NCBI RefSeq assembly: GCF_001194135.2
Contig: NC_068988.1
Span: forward strand, 10,888,019 to 10,952,018
Length of the DNA: 64,000 nt
Source: Octopus bimaculoides
Taxonomy: Eukaryota
Direction: 5' to 3'
The notes beneath the pieces were generated by a model, which saw only the letters and a program-made list of their open reading frames with translations, made no database searches and had not been told where the DNA came from. A program made the position numbers and the translations under genes. The first letter of the stretch is position 1. Every line of letters begins with the position of its first letter. Positions 1 through 12,047 of the stretch are shown piece after piece.

Positions 1-480
1 ATGAGAGACATACGGAAATTGGTGTAAATTTATTCATTTGGCAAGAATGTCAATGTAATTCTGCTACATCTTATTCTCCCATTCACCGAAAAGCCAACTG
101 CAGAAGACTCTCTCGTTCCGTCGTTGCAGTAGAAATTAGTATTGGCGGGGTCCCAGCGCAACAGCAGGACTTGGATGGATACTAGTAATACAATAAAAGC
201 TCTATAAACTACCTAATAAAATACTCGCATTTACAGGTAAAATATGCTTAAATGTTATGAAATGTGTAATGTTGTAATGAAAAGACCTTTTCGTTCATTG
301 CACTTTAGCAGCGTATCGATCTATCTATTTATCTATCTACTTATATATGTGTGTGTGTGTGCGTGTGTGTGCGTGTGTGTGAGAGTGTGCGTGTGTGTAT
401 AAAGAGATAAGTAGATGGATATATTGATATACATGTCAATATATATGTATGTATATGTCTATAGTTACATATACTCTGTT

Positions 481-882
481 TTTTACTATTTTTACTTGTT
501 TCAGTCATTTGACTGCGGCCATGCTGGAGCACCGCGTTTAGTCGAGCAAATCGATCCCAGAGCTTATTGTTTGTAAGCCTAGTACTTGATATCGTTCTCT
601 TTGGCTGAAGTGATACGTTATGGGGACGTAAACACACCAACATCGGTTGTCAAGCGATGTTGGGGAGACAAAAGCACAGGCACACAAACACACAGACATA
701 TATATATGTACATATACATATATACAACGGGCTTCTTTCCGTTCCCGTCTTCCAAAACCACTCAAAACGCTTTAGTCGGCCCAAGGCAATAGTAGTAGAC
801 ACTTGCCCAATGTGCCACGCAGTTGGACTGAACCCCGAACCATGTAGGCAAGTTGCTTAACACACAGCCACTCCAGCGCCTA
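481..882 (-). mobile_element. tRNA-derived SINE, family B (head plus tail separated by an internal CA/TA microsatellite), full length
   Basis: On the minus strand: tRNA-like head (ggcgctggagtggctgtgtgttaag...ggttcggggttcagtcc), then cttgggcaagtgtc domain, microsatellite spacer at about 672-722, and tail ending gcggtgctccagcatggccgcagtcaaatgactgaaacaagtaaaa. Homologous copies at 3931, 41520, 43245 and 56120. Confidence 0.9.
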
Positions 883-916
883 TATACATACATATAGATA
901 TACATGTGTGTATGAG

Positions 917-969
<53 letters not shown>

Positions 970-1830
970 GTGTTAGATACAAGGATAGTTATACTTCAGT
1001 GAACAACCTTAAAAGCAGAGAGTGAAGTAAAATGGATTCCCCACGAGCCTAATTAACTTGCTATTTACAAATACAATATGTGTAGCTAGCAACCAGATAG
1101 CGTCCAGAATATTGTAAACACCCTTAATTTGAACATAACCCAACTTAATTTCTGCGCATTCATTTAACTGTGAAAATACATCATTTGTTGAACCTAGCAT
1201 GCATGGCGGACTGAATATCTGACTGGATACTAGAGAGGACTGAAATAATGATATAGAAAAACAAAACGAAAACGAAACATTAAAATAAACACCTCGAAAA
1301 ATCTACAAATCTGTATAATGTTCACTGACACTATACAGAAATCTTCTTTCTACATCCTCTCCCAGAGATACTTAGTCGAGATACTTAGTAGAAGAGACTT
1401 TCTGAGTGCAATCCATAAACCATGCGATTATTGATTATGGCTGAACGAATTTTATGGATCGCATAGAATGTTTAATACAAATAATTTGATACCCTACTAA
1501 ATATTAGGATATTAGAAATACTGAAAATATGCAATCCCCTATGCAATATATGAAGCATATGAAATGAAAATATAAACGTAAATATTTTTGTGAGAAGAAA
1601 TTTCAAAAATAACAACTCTATTTTCGTGTGACGTGTTTGTTTTAATTCATCTCAATAATTTCAAGATGAAGCTTGATTACATGCGATATAAATAGAGACA
1701 AACCAACTTCCTCTCTTCTCACGCTCTCCCTCTTTCTCCCCGTTTCTCACTTCCAATGAGAATATATCGGAAATACACATATTTGTAGGTGAATGTATTA
1801 TTCATGCGTATATATGTATGTGAGAGCCTC

Positions 1831-1950
<120 letters not shown>

Positions 1951-2287
1951 TTTGGTTGCGTCTCTGTCTTTGTGTGTGCTGAAATATTGATCAGAAGCAG
2001 CGCTGATGTTGTAAACATTATCGACTTGTCGACCAAACATACTGAATGTATGTGCGACTCGCACCCCATGTCTGACGTTAGGTTGCGAATTAGAGCGGCG
2101 CCGATGACTCCCTCAAATAGCCGTGTTAAATGCATGTGTGTGTATGTTTGTGTATGCATGCATACATATAACAATGATAATAATATTAGGGATTTTCATG
2201 GATGAGTTCAAGAACTGTGGATCTTTTCTCTCAATTACATATATANNNNNNNNNNNNNNNNNNNNNNNNNNNNNNNNNNNNNNNNNN

Positions 2288-2325
<38 letters not shown>

Positions 2326-2459
2326 GGTTATAAAATGGAGATATATATATAACAATTCAAACATAAAAATGTATTAACATTATACAATATTACATTATAT
2401 ACTTATAATAATATAACATAATATAATAAATATTAAATACAAATCACATGCAATTGTTT

Positions 2460-3250
2460 CCATTCTTACCCATAATTAAATTATAAATAGTCATTGTTTG
2501 TGGGTAAGAATATTTCAAAAATTATAGTGTATAAAGATGAATTATGTGGTTTCTACTCGTTCCAAATGTTAATTATTAGCCCCCTTGCTGATGAAGAACA
2601 CGATAAGATATTATTATACTTGTTCATTAATGTTCGAATGCTAGTTTTGGACGTGTCTTTTGTTGATATTACAACTTCAGAAAGTTCCTATTACAACAAG
2701 GGAAACAACTGCTAGCGAAACAAGACACATTTTTCACATACTGTAGGTATATAATAATATCTTAACAAATTTAATGTGGGTCAGTAAACTATTTCTTAAT
2801 CTGATGTTGGTACATTGTGTGATGCTTCCGAATGACGTTGGTACACTTTTTGGTACAGTGTTAGTACATTTGCTGATGGGTGCGAATACATTTTTGGATG
2901 TTTGGAATCTTGTATTTAATTATTACTTAATTCTGCTCGTATTGATTGGTGTGTGAATTATGGTGTGTTTGTGTTTTTAACGTTGGTGGTTCATGTATTG
3001 GTGATTGTGAGGTGAGGATGCAAATGGTAGTGGAAGAGGTGATAATTTTGTTGAGATTACATTAGTTACTATTTGACGGCTCCAGGGTGTATAATTGTGC
3101 CAAATCTTCCAAATCGTTTTTTTTCAAATCTTTGAGTATCATTGTTTAAATGTTCTTTTTTTTGCTTACTGTTGGAGATAATTTACAGCATATTCAGTAA
3201 ATTATGTTTTCATCTGTGTAGTCTGAATATTTCCAAACGAAATGAATAGA
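2460..3250 (-). mobile_element. Possible highly degraded Penelope-like element (linker / GIY-YIG region)
   Basis: Manual minus-strand translation across stops and frameshifts gives DLAQLYTLEP..CNLNKII, KIPNIQKCIRTHQQMY, C*DIIIY, ISYRVLHQQG. This only loosely resembles the PLE C-terminal region. Confidence 0.3.
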
Positions 3251-3430
3251 ATTTAAACTCGAGGAACCTAGATAATATTTTAGTTATCACCAAACAGTCT
3301 GACGGGAAGTAGCTTTTATTTTTATTAAACAGAGAAACTGATTTAAATATGTTGCCAGTGCTATAGAAATGCTCAGGTACATATATAGACATACATACAT
3401 TATATAATCACATGCAAACGCACGCCTGCA

Positions 3431-3462
<32 letters not shown>

Positions 3463-3892
3463 NNNNNNNNNNNNNNNNNNNNNNNNNNNNNNNNNNNNNN
3501 NNNNNNNNNNNNNNNNNNNNNNNNNNNNNNNNNNNNNNNNNNNNNNNNNNNNNNNNNNNNNNNNNNNNNNNNNNNNNNNNNNNNNNNNNNNNNNNNNNNN
3601 NNNNNNNNNNNNNNNNNNNNNNNNNNNNNNNNNNNNNNNNNNNNNNNNNNNNNNNNNNNNNNNNNNNNNNNNNNNNNNNNNNNNNNNNNNNNNNNNNNNN
3701 NNNNNNNNNNNNNNNNNNNNNNNNNNNNNNNNNNNNNNNNNNNNNNNNNNNNNNNNNNNNNNNNNNNNNNNNNNNNNNNNNNNNNNNNNNNNNNNNNNNN
3801 NNNNNNNNNNNNNNNNNNNNNNNNNNNNNNNNNNNNNNNNNNNNNNNNNNNNNNNNNNNNNNNNNNNNNNNNNNNNNNNNNNNNNNNNNNNN

Positions 3893-3930
<38 letters not shown>

Positions 3931-3931
<1 letters not shown>

Positions 3932-4066
3932 TACGACGGGCTTCTTTCAGTTTCCGTCTACCAAATCCACTCACAACGCTTAGAAGACACTTACCCAAGG
4001 TGCCAGTGGGACTAAATCCGGATCAATGTGGTTCGTAAGCGAGCTACTTACCACACAGTCACTCCT
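3931..4066 (-). mobile_element. SINE family B, head half; its internal microsatellite runs into the N-gap
   Basis: acgacgggcttctttcagtttccgtctaccaaatccactcaca...cccaaggtgcca...ccacacagtcactcc matches 725-880 and 41778-41929. Confidence 0.88.
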
Positions 4067-4067
4067 T

Positions 4068-4235
4068 CTTTTATTCTTTTACTTCTTTCACTCATTTGAT
4101 TGGAGTCATGCTGGAACAACGTCATTTCGCTAAAGAAATTGGCACCTGGACTTATTCTTTGTAAGTCTGGTACTTACTCTATCAACAATCTTCTGCCGAA
4201 CCGCTAAGTTAGAGACACGTAAACGCACCCACTCC
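4068..4235 (-). mobile_element. SINE family B, tail half of a second adjacent copy
   Basis: catttgattggagtcatgctggaacaac...cttattctttgtaagtctggtacttactctatc...gccgaaccgctaagtta matches 500-640. Confidence 0.8.
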
Positions 4236-5079
4236 GTATGTATGTATAGGCATCTTAGACAAAATCACAGACAATAAATATGCCAGAGAGAAAGCAACAG
4301 CATAATAAAAGGATATGTATTCGCGTGTTTTTACGTTGGTGCTTCTCAACACCACCACAACGACCACTTCACAACCGGTGTTGTTATTTTAACGCCTGCG
4401 AAACCTAGAATAAGTGCATATATAGTTGTGAACGTGTGCGAATGCATCCGTGCGTGTAAATGTATATACATTTTTAAAAAGCTTATATATATATATATAT
4501 ACACCATTATAATCTTTCTGCTTCTTCAAATTTTATGAAATCATGCTGTTTTGAAATTTTACCGAGCCGTTGTTTACGTTACATTAATTTTTAATCCCCG
4601 CGGATCCTCCTCAAATAATTCATCGATGGTATCTTTATTTAAATCCTGAGCCTTTTCTAAATATATCAGGAAAATGACATGAAATGGAATATATTTTGAG
4701 AATCACACAAATATTTTCACAAATGGTCAAACTATTTTTACCTCTTTGAATATTATTATATTCAAATTAGATTTATTATGTGGTATACATGCATACATAT
4801 ATACATATGTGTGTGTGTACATATTTATGTATGTCTTTGTATGTATGTAGGTATATATGTGTGTGCGTGTCTTCCATTGTGCCTGTCTTGTGTGTCCGTG
4901 TATGCACGCATGTGTGTGTTTATGACAGTACACGCAGCTGTGCATATACGATATTCAAATCATTTACAATCAAAACAATATAAAGAGATCACAGAAATGC
5001 TCTTTCAAACATACGTACGTAAATATATGTGTGTATATATACATGTATATATATAAATACATACATATATGTGTATATC

Positions 5080-5120
<41 letters not shown>

Positions 5121-5131
5121 TNNNNNNNNNN

Positions 5132-5188
<57 letters not shown>

Positions 5189-5594
5189 GTGTGTGTACAT
5201 ATATATATGTATGTATGTGTCTATGCATGATTGTATGCATGCATGTATGTATGCATGTATGTAGGCAGCTAAGTGAATATGCACTCGCTCGTATTTACGC
5301 AATGAATTCTGTGACCGCTTCGTGTATTACAATTTGCAGTAGAGTCTCCCAATAGACATTTCTCCATTCACTGAATAATTGAATAAAACATTAAAAAATT
5401 TGAAAGCAGCACAGACTTTCCTTCGTATTATTTATTCTATTTTCTGAATTGATATTTTCCGACATAAACCCCTTGTCATATAGATTTATCATTGAATTCA
5501 TTTCACTTCAATGAAGTAATGAATTGATAAATATAAAATAAAGTATTGATGCTCAAAATAATCATTATTTTTTGATAACTATCTCATTATGGAA

Positions 5595-5717
5595 AAATAA
5601 ATATAATAATAATGATAATGATGATGATGACGATGATGATCATCACGATCATAATAATGGTCATAATAATAATAATAATGATTATTATTATTATTATTAT
5701 CATTATTATTATTATTA

Positions 5718-5788
<71 letters not shown>

Positions 5789-5797
5789 GTTATTATA
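5595..5797. repeat. Compound (AAT)/(GAT)/(ATT)n trinucleotide microsatellite
   Basis: About 200 bp of tri-nucleotide repeats; source of the poly-I/Y/D pseudo-ORFs. Confidence 0.97.
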
Positions 5798-5844
5798 ACG
5801 ACAGCATCAGAAGCAACTCCAGTGATAGCAGTACTAATGATACT

Positions 5845-6035
5845 TAAAATTGCGAAATGCTTAGTGGTCTTTCACTCGTCTTTCCCTTTTGAGTTCAAAT
5901 TACGCCGTGGCCGACAACGCCTCGCATCCATTTGGTTTCGATAAATTAAGTACCGGTGAAGATCTGAGATCGATCCAATCGACGGGTTTCCTTCCTCTAA
6001 ATGTCAGGATTAGTATCTTTTTTTTTTCTAGAAAG
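5845..6035 (+). mobile_element. tRNA-derived SINE, family A (degenerate)
   Basis: gcgaaatgcttagtgg...gagttcaaattacgccg (B-box)...gataaattaagtacc...gatcgatccaatcgac; matches copies at 26621, 45188 and 55009. Confidence 0.82.
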
Positions 6036-6044
6036 GATGATTAT

Positions 6045-6377
6045 TATAGACGTCGCACAGTATACAATATCGTGAGCTTGTGTCTATTGGGGTTTTGTAC
6101 TGTTTGTCAAGCCACAAAGAGAAACTCAGACGGAGGATAATCGACGAAATATGCCGACTTTTGTAATACACCTAGTTTTAGGATATTTCTAAAGTTTTCA
6201 GATGTTTCTTTCAGATTGGTTGGTATTGAACCCAATGCTCCGATGACAATAGGGATAACCTTTATGCTTGACTCTTGTAGCTGCCACGAGCGATCTCAAT
6301 TCTCAGGTTTCCATATTTATCAACGTTTCCTCTTTCTCTCATGATAATATATTGATCTCCTGGTACTTCCCCGTCAA
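6045..6377 (-). mobile_element. R4/Dong-clade non-LTR retrotransposon 3' fragment (restriction-like endonuclease C-terminus plus 3' UTR)
   Basis: Minus-strand translation VPGDQYYHEKE...WQLQESSIKVIPIVIGALGSIPTNLK...LGVLQKSA matches the RLE C-terminal motif (IPIVIGALG) of R2-superfamily ORFs. The 5' end is truncated at a (TAA)/(TGA)n tract. Confidence 0.85.
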
Positions 6378-6440
6378 TTATTATCATTATTATTATTATT
6401 ATTATCATCATCATCATCATCATTGTTGTTGTTGTTGTTA
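6378..6440. repeat. (ATT)/(ATC)/(GTT)n microsatellite between two Dong-like LINE fragments
   Basis: Directly visible. Confidence 0.95.
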
Positions 6441-7548
6441 CTTCAGGAAAGCTATCAGTGTATTTTACTGGATATGATGGAAAGTGTCAGCTGCCCACAG
6501 CCAGCAGACTAAGGTAACACTTGTTTACTAATCGTGCTCCAAGAACTCCGTGAGGCACTCTTGTAGTTTAATTTTTTTGCAACACATTGGGAGTTGAGTG
6601 TTGATACTTCCAGACATGCCATACACTATTGGTATTGCGTCCAGTCTATCTACTGCCCACAACCTGCATTTTTCGCCCTTCAATTCATCATAGATGTTCA
6701 CCAGGACATGCTATGTCTATTAGCAAGCACTTTGTGGACATTTCTGTTCATTACAACTATGTCAGATGGCGACACTGAACTAATGCATCCAATAGGGTTT
6801 TGCAATACTAATTCTCATTAACGTTTTTCTGGGATTCCGTCATACAACGTCCTTCAGCTTTCCAGACCATAGTTTCTACAGAACACCTAATAGATCGTTC
6901 CTATCGCATCGTTATATCTTTTGCGTTCATGGTGTGTTAATTTCGGCGTTCACTAACAATGTGCTAAACTGCTTCACGCATCTGATTATGCATTCTACAT
7001 CTGTTGCTTTCTGTTTTGTTATGATCTCTGCACTTCCCAATCTATACACACAGCTTTTTCATATGCCACATACATAGTGCTTCAAATTATATCTGCAGGT
7101 CACTCGACCGCATCCAAAACAACCGGCCAACTGTAACTGTCTTTGTGCTTGTATCTCTTACAAAATGCATTTTTTACTCCTTTATTTTTTCTTCCGAAGC
7201 CATTTCATTTTTTCGTGTTCATTTTCTCTTCAAATTTCTCTTTCTTAATACAATTATAACTTTTGATAATGCCGGATTTTATCAAATGCGTCTTCAATGA
7301 TTCCACGTCAGTTTTCATTTTAATGAAGGCAGTGAGCAATAAAATTATTTACCACCTCGGAGAAAATTCTAGCACGCCTTTTTCTGGCTTCACTGTCAGA
7401 GATCAAAACTATTTCTACTGGCTTCACTCTCAGAATTCAAAAACCGTATTTCCTACTTTCAACATCGATAAAGTAGGAATCAGTCGAGCACCATGTTAGA
7501 TACAACCACTTTGCCTAAAATTGCTGGTTTGTGCCGAAATTTTAAGCA
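6441..7548 (-). mobile_element. R4/Dong-clade LINE, 5'-truncated and degenerate (zinc knuckle plus RLE plus 3' UTR)
   Basis: Minus-strand motifs across frameshifts: NRCRMHNQMREAV*HIVSE (CCHC knuckle remnant), KRYNDAIGTIY*VFCRNYGLE, PSDIVVMNR and KCLLIDIACPGE (PD..D RLE motif), DAIPIVYGMSGSI. Flanked by TAA-type repeats on both sides. Confidence 0.85.

Positions 7549-7612
<64 letters not shown>
7549..7612. repeat. (TTA)n microsatellite at the 5' junction of the Dong-like LINE
   Basis: About 21 perfect TTA units. Confidence 0.98.
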
Positions 7613-7613
<1 letters not shown>

Positions 7614-7639
7614 AATAGATGTCTTATAAAATTATTCCA

Positions 7640-8300
7640 TTCATACAATAACAGCCATTCCAACAATCGAACATGACTACATCATCAGCTGCCCTGCTGG
7701 TATCACTATGCTATTGACACATGTAAGAGTTGGTGAATTGTATTTCCGCCTATCAGCGGTGTGATCCCTGTTGAACACTAAATTCATGACAGACATAAGC
7801 CTTTGTTCCTGTTGGGCATGCTGCTCCTCATGAAGTTCTACTTCTCGTAATGTACTGTAAGATGCAGCACAGACATTGTTTCCTCTCATAATTTAATTCA
7901 ATCCGTGCTCATCTCAGGTGTACATCTTTCATTTGCTGCATTCTGAACCCGCACTGCTGTGACCTGAACGCTGCATGTGCGCAATCCCGTGAAAGACTTG
8001 GCCATGCACTCTGAAGCAGAGTAGATGCGACAGAATTGTATGACCTTATGTTTTCTTTGAAGTTAACATCATGTGGAGGTTGAGGGTCTGGCAACAGCGA
8101 TCGTAGGTACGGAGGAAATTCACTTCTAACTGGAGGCAGGACTTTCCCTTTATGGCAGTAACTGTGAAAGCATCCTTCTGATGGTCGCTCTGAAGCAAAA
8201 TGTTTGGCTCTAGAGAATGCACACAATGTTTTTATGTCATCACAGTCATGAGCCTGAACATTCTCTTCATATGTCATATTATGGTCACAGGGTGTGTTCT
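7640..8300 (-). mobile_element. Helitron RepHel remnant, internally deleted
   Basis: ORF 7909-8277 reads CAFSRAKHFASE...CFHSYCHKGKVLPP...PPYLRSLL...FKENIRSYNS (Helitron N-terminal C..C.A.HF / CC..GKV.LP / NIR.YNS pattern). ORF 7677-7889 reads SYSTLREVE...DRRKYNSPT (RRYN.PT motif). It is followed at once by GQLMM*SCSIVG, resembling the PIF1 helicase motif HGQLYVACSRVG. Confidence 0.85.
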
Positions 8301-8946
8301 ATTGAAAAACTGTATCTATTTAAAAAGACAAGAACCTCCAACGAATACGTACATTTCAGGAATGAAATATTTTTGCGTAATTCCTCTTTTCCGAAAATAC
8401 AGCTTATCGAAAATTAAAGGTAGACCAACGCGAAGATGGTAAAACATTGACATCTAGTTGACATCAGATTATTGTAATAATGATCATTGTCCTTGTAGTG
8501 TTTCAGTAACGTTACTACAGTTACTATATACTGTAAGGAATATACAGTTTAGTAAGCAGGTGAATGCTGAAAATAATATTCATAATCATGTGGCTCATAG
8601 TACACAACTCAAACTATAGTGTATTCATTGACCTGCAGAACATCTTAATCTGAAGGAAGAATTTTATTCGTTTTCATATTCCACGTCACCCATGCTGACG
8701 TTTGCTGGTCCGTAATATGTGCACTCAAATTTATTCCTGAAAGCGCTGTTTTCTGTACCTTTCATTATGTTTGTATATAGAATTGGTACGTAGTTTAACG
8801 TGCTCACTTATAAATATATACTTATATATTTACAGATTTATTCCTCACCTATATAGAAGAACATGCATCTAGAATTATTGTTAAATTCAATACAGTGTTA
8901 TGACGTTAACTGTACATAGAAATCTATCTTTCTATCACTCTGTCTG

Positions 8947-8951
<5 letters not shown>

Positions 8952-9006
<55 letters not shown>
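8952..9006. repeat. (CT)n microsatellite running into an assembly gap
   Basis: Directly visible; continues after the gap at 9465-9481. Confidence 0.97.
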
Positions 9007-10655
9007 NNNNNNNNNNNNNNNNNNNNNNNNNNNNNNNNNNNNNNNNNNNNNNNNNNNNNNNNNNNNNNNNNNNNNNNNNNNNNNNNNNNNNNNNNNNNNN
9101 NNNNNNNNNNNNNNNNNNNNNNNNNNNNNNNNNNNNNNNNNNNNNNNNNNNNNNNNNNNNNNNNNNNNNNNNNNNNNNNNNNNNNNNNNNNNNNNNNNNN
9201 NNNNNNNNNNNNNNNNNNNNNNNNNNNNNNNNNNNNNNNNNNNNNNNNNNNNNNNNNNNNNNNNNNNNNNNNNNNNNNNNNNNNNNNNNNNNNNNNNNNN
9301 NNNNNNNNNNNNNNNNNNNNNNNNNNNNNNNNNNNNNNNNNNNNNNNNNNNNNNNNNNNNNNNNNNNNNNNNNNNNNNNNNNNNNNNNNNNNNNNNNNNN
9401 NNNNNNNNNNNNNNNNNNNNNNNNNNNNNNNNNNNNNNNNNNNNNNNNNNNNNNNNNNNNNNNNTCTCTCTCTCTCTCTCTTTCTATGTTTGTATCTATC
9501 TGTGGCTCTTCCTATGTATATATGTATATATATACATACGGGCCCAAACACGTACAGTTCTTGAAAATTATTGTATATAAGTGTATATGCTTGTGCATAT
9601 ATATCTGTGAACATGTGTGTATGTATATTAATATGTGCGTATGCATGTATATACAAGGAGAGAGAAAGAGAGAGAGAGCGAGTGAGAGAGAAAGAGAGAG
9701 AGAGGGAGTGAGAGAGAGAAGATTAGATAGATGGAGATAAATATGGGGGCTTATATGTAGGCTTTATAATATAGTTTATACATTTATGTTTACATTTTAT
9801 GTAAAGAATGATTGATTCCACGTGCATTTAGTGCGAGTCAAACATAATATATTATTATCTACAAGATAAATCTAAAGCCAGAGAGATAGATCGCTAGGCA
9901 GTTAGAGAGAGACAGAGTGAGAGAAACAGACAGGGACAGAGACATAGGACGATTGAAAGGTAGAGAGAGAGAGAGAGAAATAGATAGATACGGAGGGGAA
10001 AATAACCACAATGATAATAACCACAATGATAATAACCATGTGTGGGCATATGAAAGTAAATACTAAGGAATGATATATAATGCTAGTTGAATGGAGTGTG
10101 ATGGATATTTCTATATAATATTTAAACTGAAAGCCGTTATATATGTTCGCTTACGTCGGTCTTCATACGTTACAGTGTGCCTCTATGTTCCACAAACGCC
10201 ATCAATCGTCAGCTGGAGCGATTTTAAGGGCACATATATTAATGGCGAACAAGTACGATCGGTTTGAAGAAAGCGTTTTGTATATATATATNNNNNNNNN
10301 NNNNNNNNNNNNNNNNNNNNNNNNNNNNNNNNNNNNNNNNNNNNNNNNNNNNNNNNNNNNNNNNNNNNNNNNNNNNNNNNNNNNNNNNNNNNNNNNNNNN
10401 NNNNNNNNNNNNNNNNNNNNNNNNNNNNNNNNNNNNNNNNNNNNNNNNNNNNNNNNNNNNNNNNNNNNNNNNNNNNNNNNNNNNNNNNNNNNNNNNNNNN
10501 NNNNNNNNNNNNNNNNNNNNNNNNNNNNNNNNNNNNNNNNNNNNNNNNNNNNNNTAATATATTAATGTAAATACACACATATATATACATATATACATAT
10601 ATATAAATATATATGCAAACATATATGTATATACATACATACATGCATATATATG

Positions 10656-10686
<31 letters not shown>

Positions 10687-10749
10687 TTGAATATATTTAT
10701 ATATATACAAAGACAGACAGACAGACAGACTGACGGACTGTCTAGCTAA

Positions 10750-10848
10750 TAAATAGATAGATAAATAGATAGATAGATAGATAGAGAGATAAATAGATAG
10801 ATAGATAGATAGAGAGATAAATAGATAGATAGATAAATAGATAGATAA

Positions 10849-10911
<63 letters not shown>

Positions 10912-10918
10912 TATAGAT
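10750..10918. repeat. (GATA)n microsatellite
   Basis: Directly visible. Confidence 0.97.
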
Positions 10919-11725
10919 GTGGCTACATGGTTAAGTTCACAATCATGTTGTTTCAGGTACAGTCCCCCCACCTTCCAATTGGGCGAATATCTTTAGAATT
11001 CTTTGATCTCGCCGATGTAAGCGAAATTGTGATATAAATAAAAACTATGTGGAAGCTTAATTTTATCTGCTATATAGTAAATAAATACGCACAAATACAT
11101 ACAGACACAGACACACCCACACACCCACACACACACACACACACACGCACACACACATNNNNNNNNNNNNNNNNNNNNNNNNNNNNNNNNNNNNNNNNNN
11201 NNNNNNNNNNNNNNNNNNNNNNNNNNNNNNNNNNNNNNNNNNNNNNNNNNNNNNNNNNNNNNNNNNNNNNNNNNNNNNNNNNNNNNNNNNNNNNNNNNNN
11301 NNNNNNNNNNNNNNNNNNNNNNNNNNNNNNNNNNNNNNNNNNNNNNNNNNNNNNNNNNNNNNNNNNNNNNNNNNNNNNNNNNNNNNNNNNNNNNNNNNNN
11401 NNNNNNNNNNNNNNNNNNNNNNNNNNNNNNNNNNNNNNNNNNNNNNNNNNNNNNNNNNNNNNNNNNNNNNNNNNNNNNNNNNNNNNNNNNNNNNNNNNNN
11501 NNNNNNNNNNNNNNNNNNNNNNNNNNNNNNNNNNNNNNNNNNNNNNNNNNNNNNNNNNNNNNNNNNNNNNNNNNNNNNNNNNNNNNNNNNNNNNNNNNNN
11601 NNNNNNNNNNNNNNNNNNNNNNNNNNNNNNNNNNNNNNNNNNNNNNNNNNNNNNNNNNNNNNNNNNNNNNNTATATATATATATATGCTTGTGTGCGTCT
11701 ATGTAGTGTTAAATTCGTCGCGGAT

Positions 11726-11912
11726 CTTGAGAGGCAATCAGAGGGTCATTATACAAAGACGATTTAGTCGTTGACACAAATCGACTACTAGGAGAGTCTA
11801 TAAGAACTGAAGCTCTACTCCCTGGAAAAAGAGCGTCAAAAGTATGCAGTAATATCAATATGGAAGATGTTGGAAACTCTAGCTTCTAACTTTGGAATTA
11901 TAAGCTAAATAA
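11726..11912 (+). mobile_element. CR1/Jockey-group LINE fragment (post-RT C-terminal region)
   Basis: Translation LERQSEGHYTKTI*SLTQIDY*ESL*ELKLYSLEKERQKYAVISIWKMLETLASNFGI matches the YWERL..LKLYSL.RRRERY..IY.WKILEG.VPNFGI pattern. Confidence 0.8.
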
Positions 11913-11934
11913 CAGGAAAATGATACAGTTCTAT

Positions 11935-11999
11935 ATGGCCTAGTGGCTAAGAGCGTGGGCTACTATCCCCAAGACTGCGAGTTTGATTCCAAACAATGA

Positions 12000-12047
<48 letters not shown>

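Noticed and set aside
1009-1200. 63-aa minus ORF with hydrophobic character
   Set aside because: No recognisable domain or convincing splice sites; length is within chance expectation.
5572-5944. Poly-Y/I/D ORFs, and poly-N/L/I ORFs at 58288-58703
   Set aside because: Translations of (ATT)/(AAT) microsatellites.
11935-12000. Possible tRNA genes here and at other A/B-box sites (55330-55366, 830-880)
   Set aside because: No complete cloverleaf; they continue into SINE bodies, so they are SINE heads.
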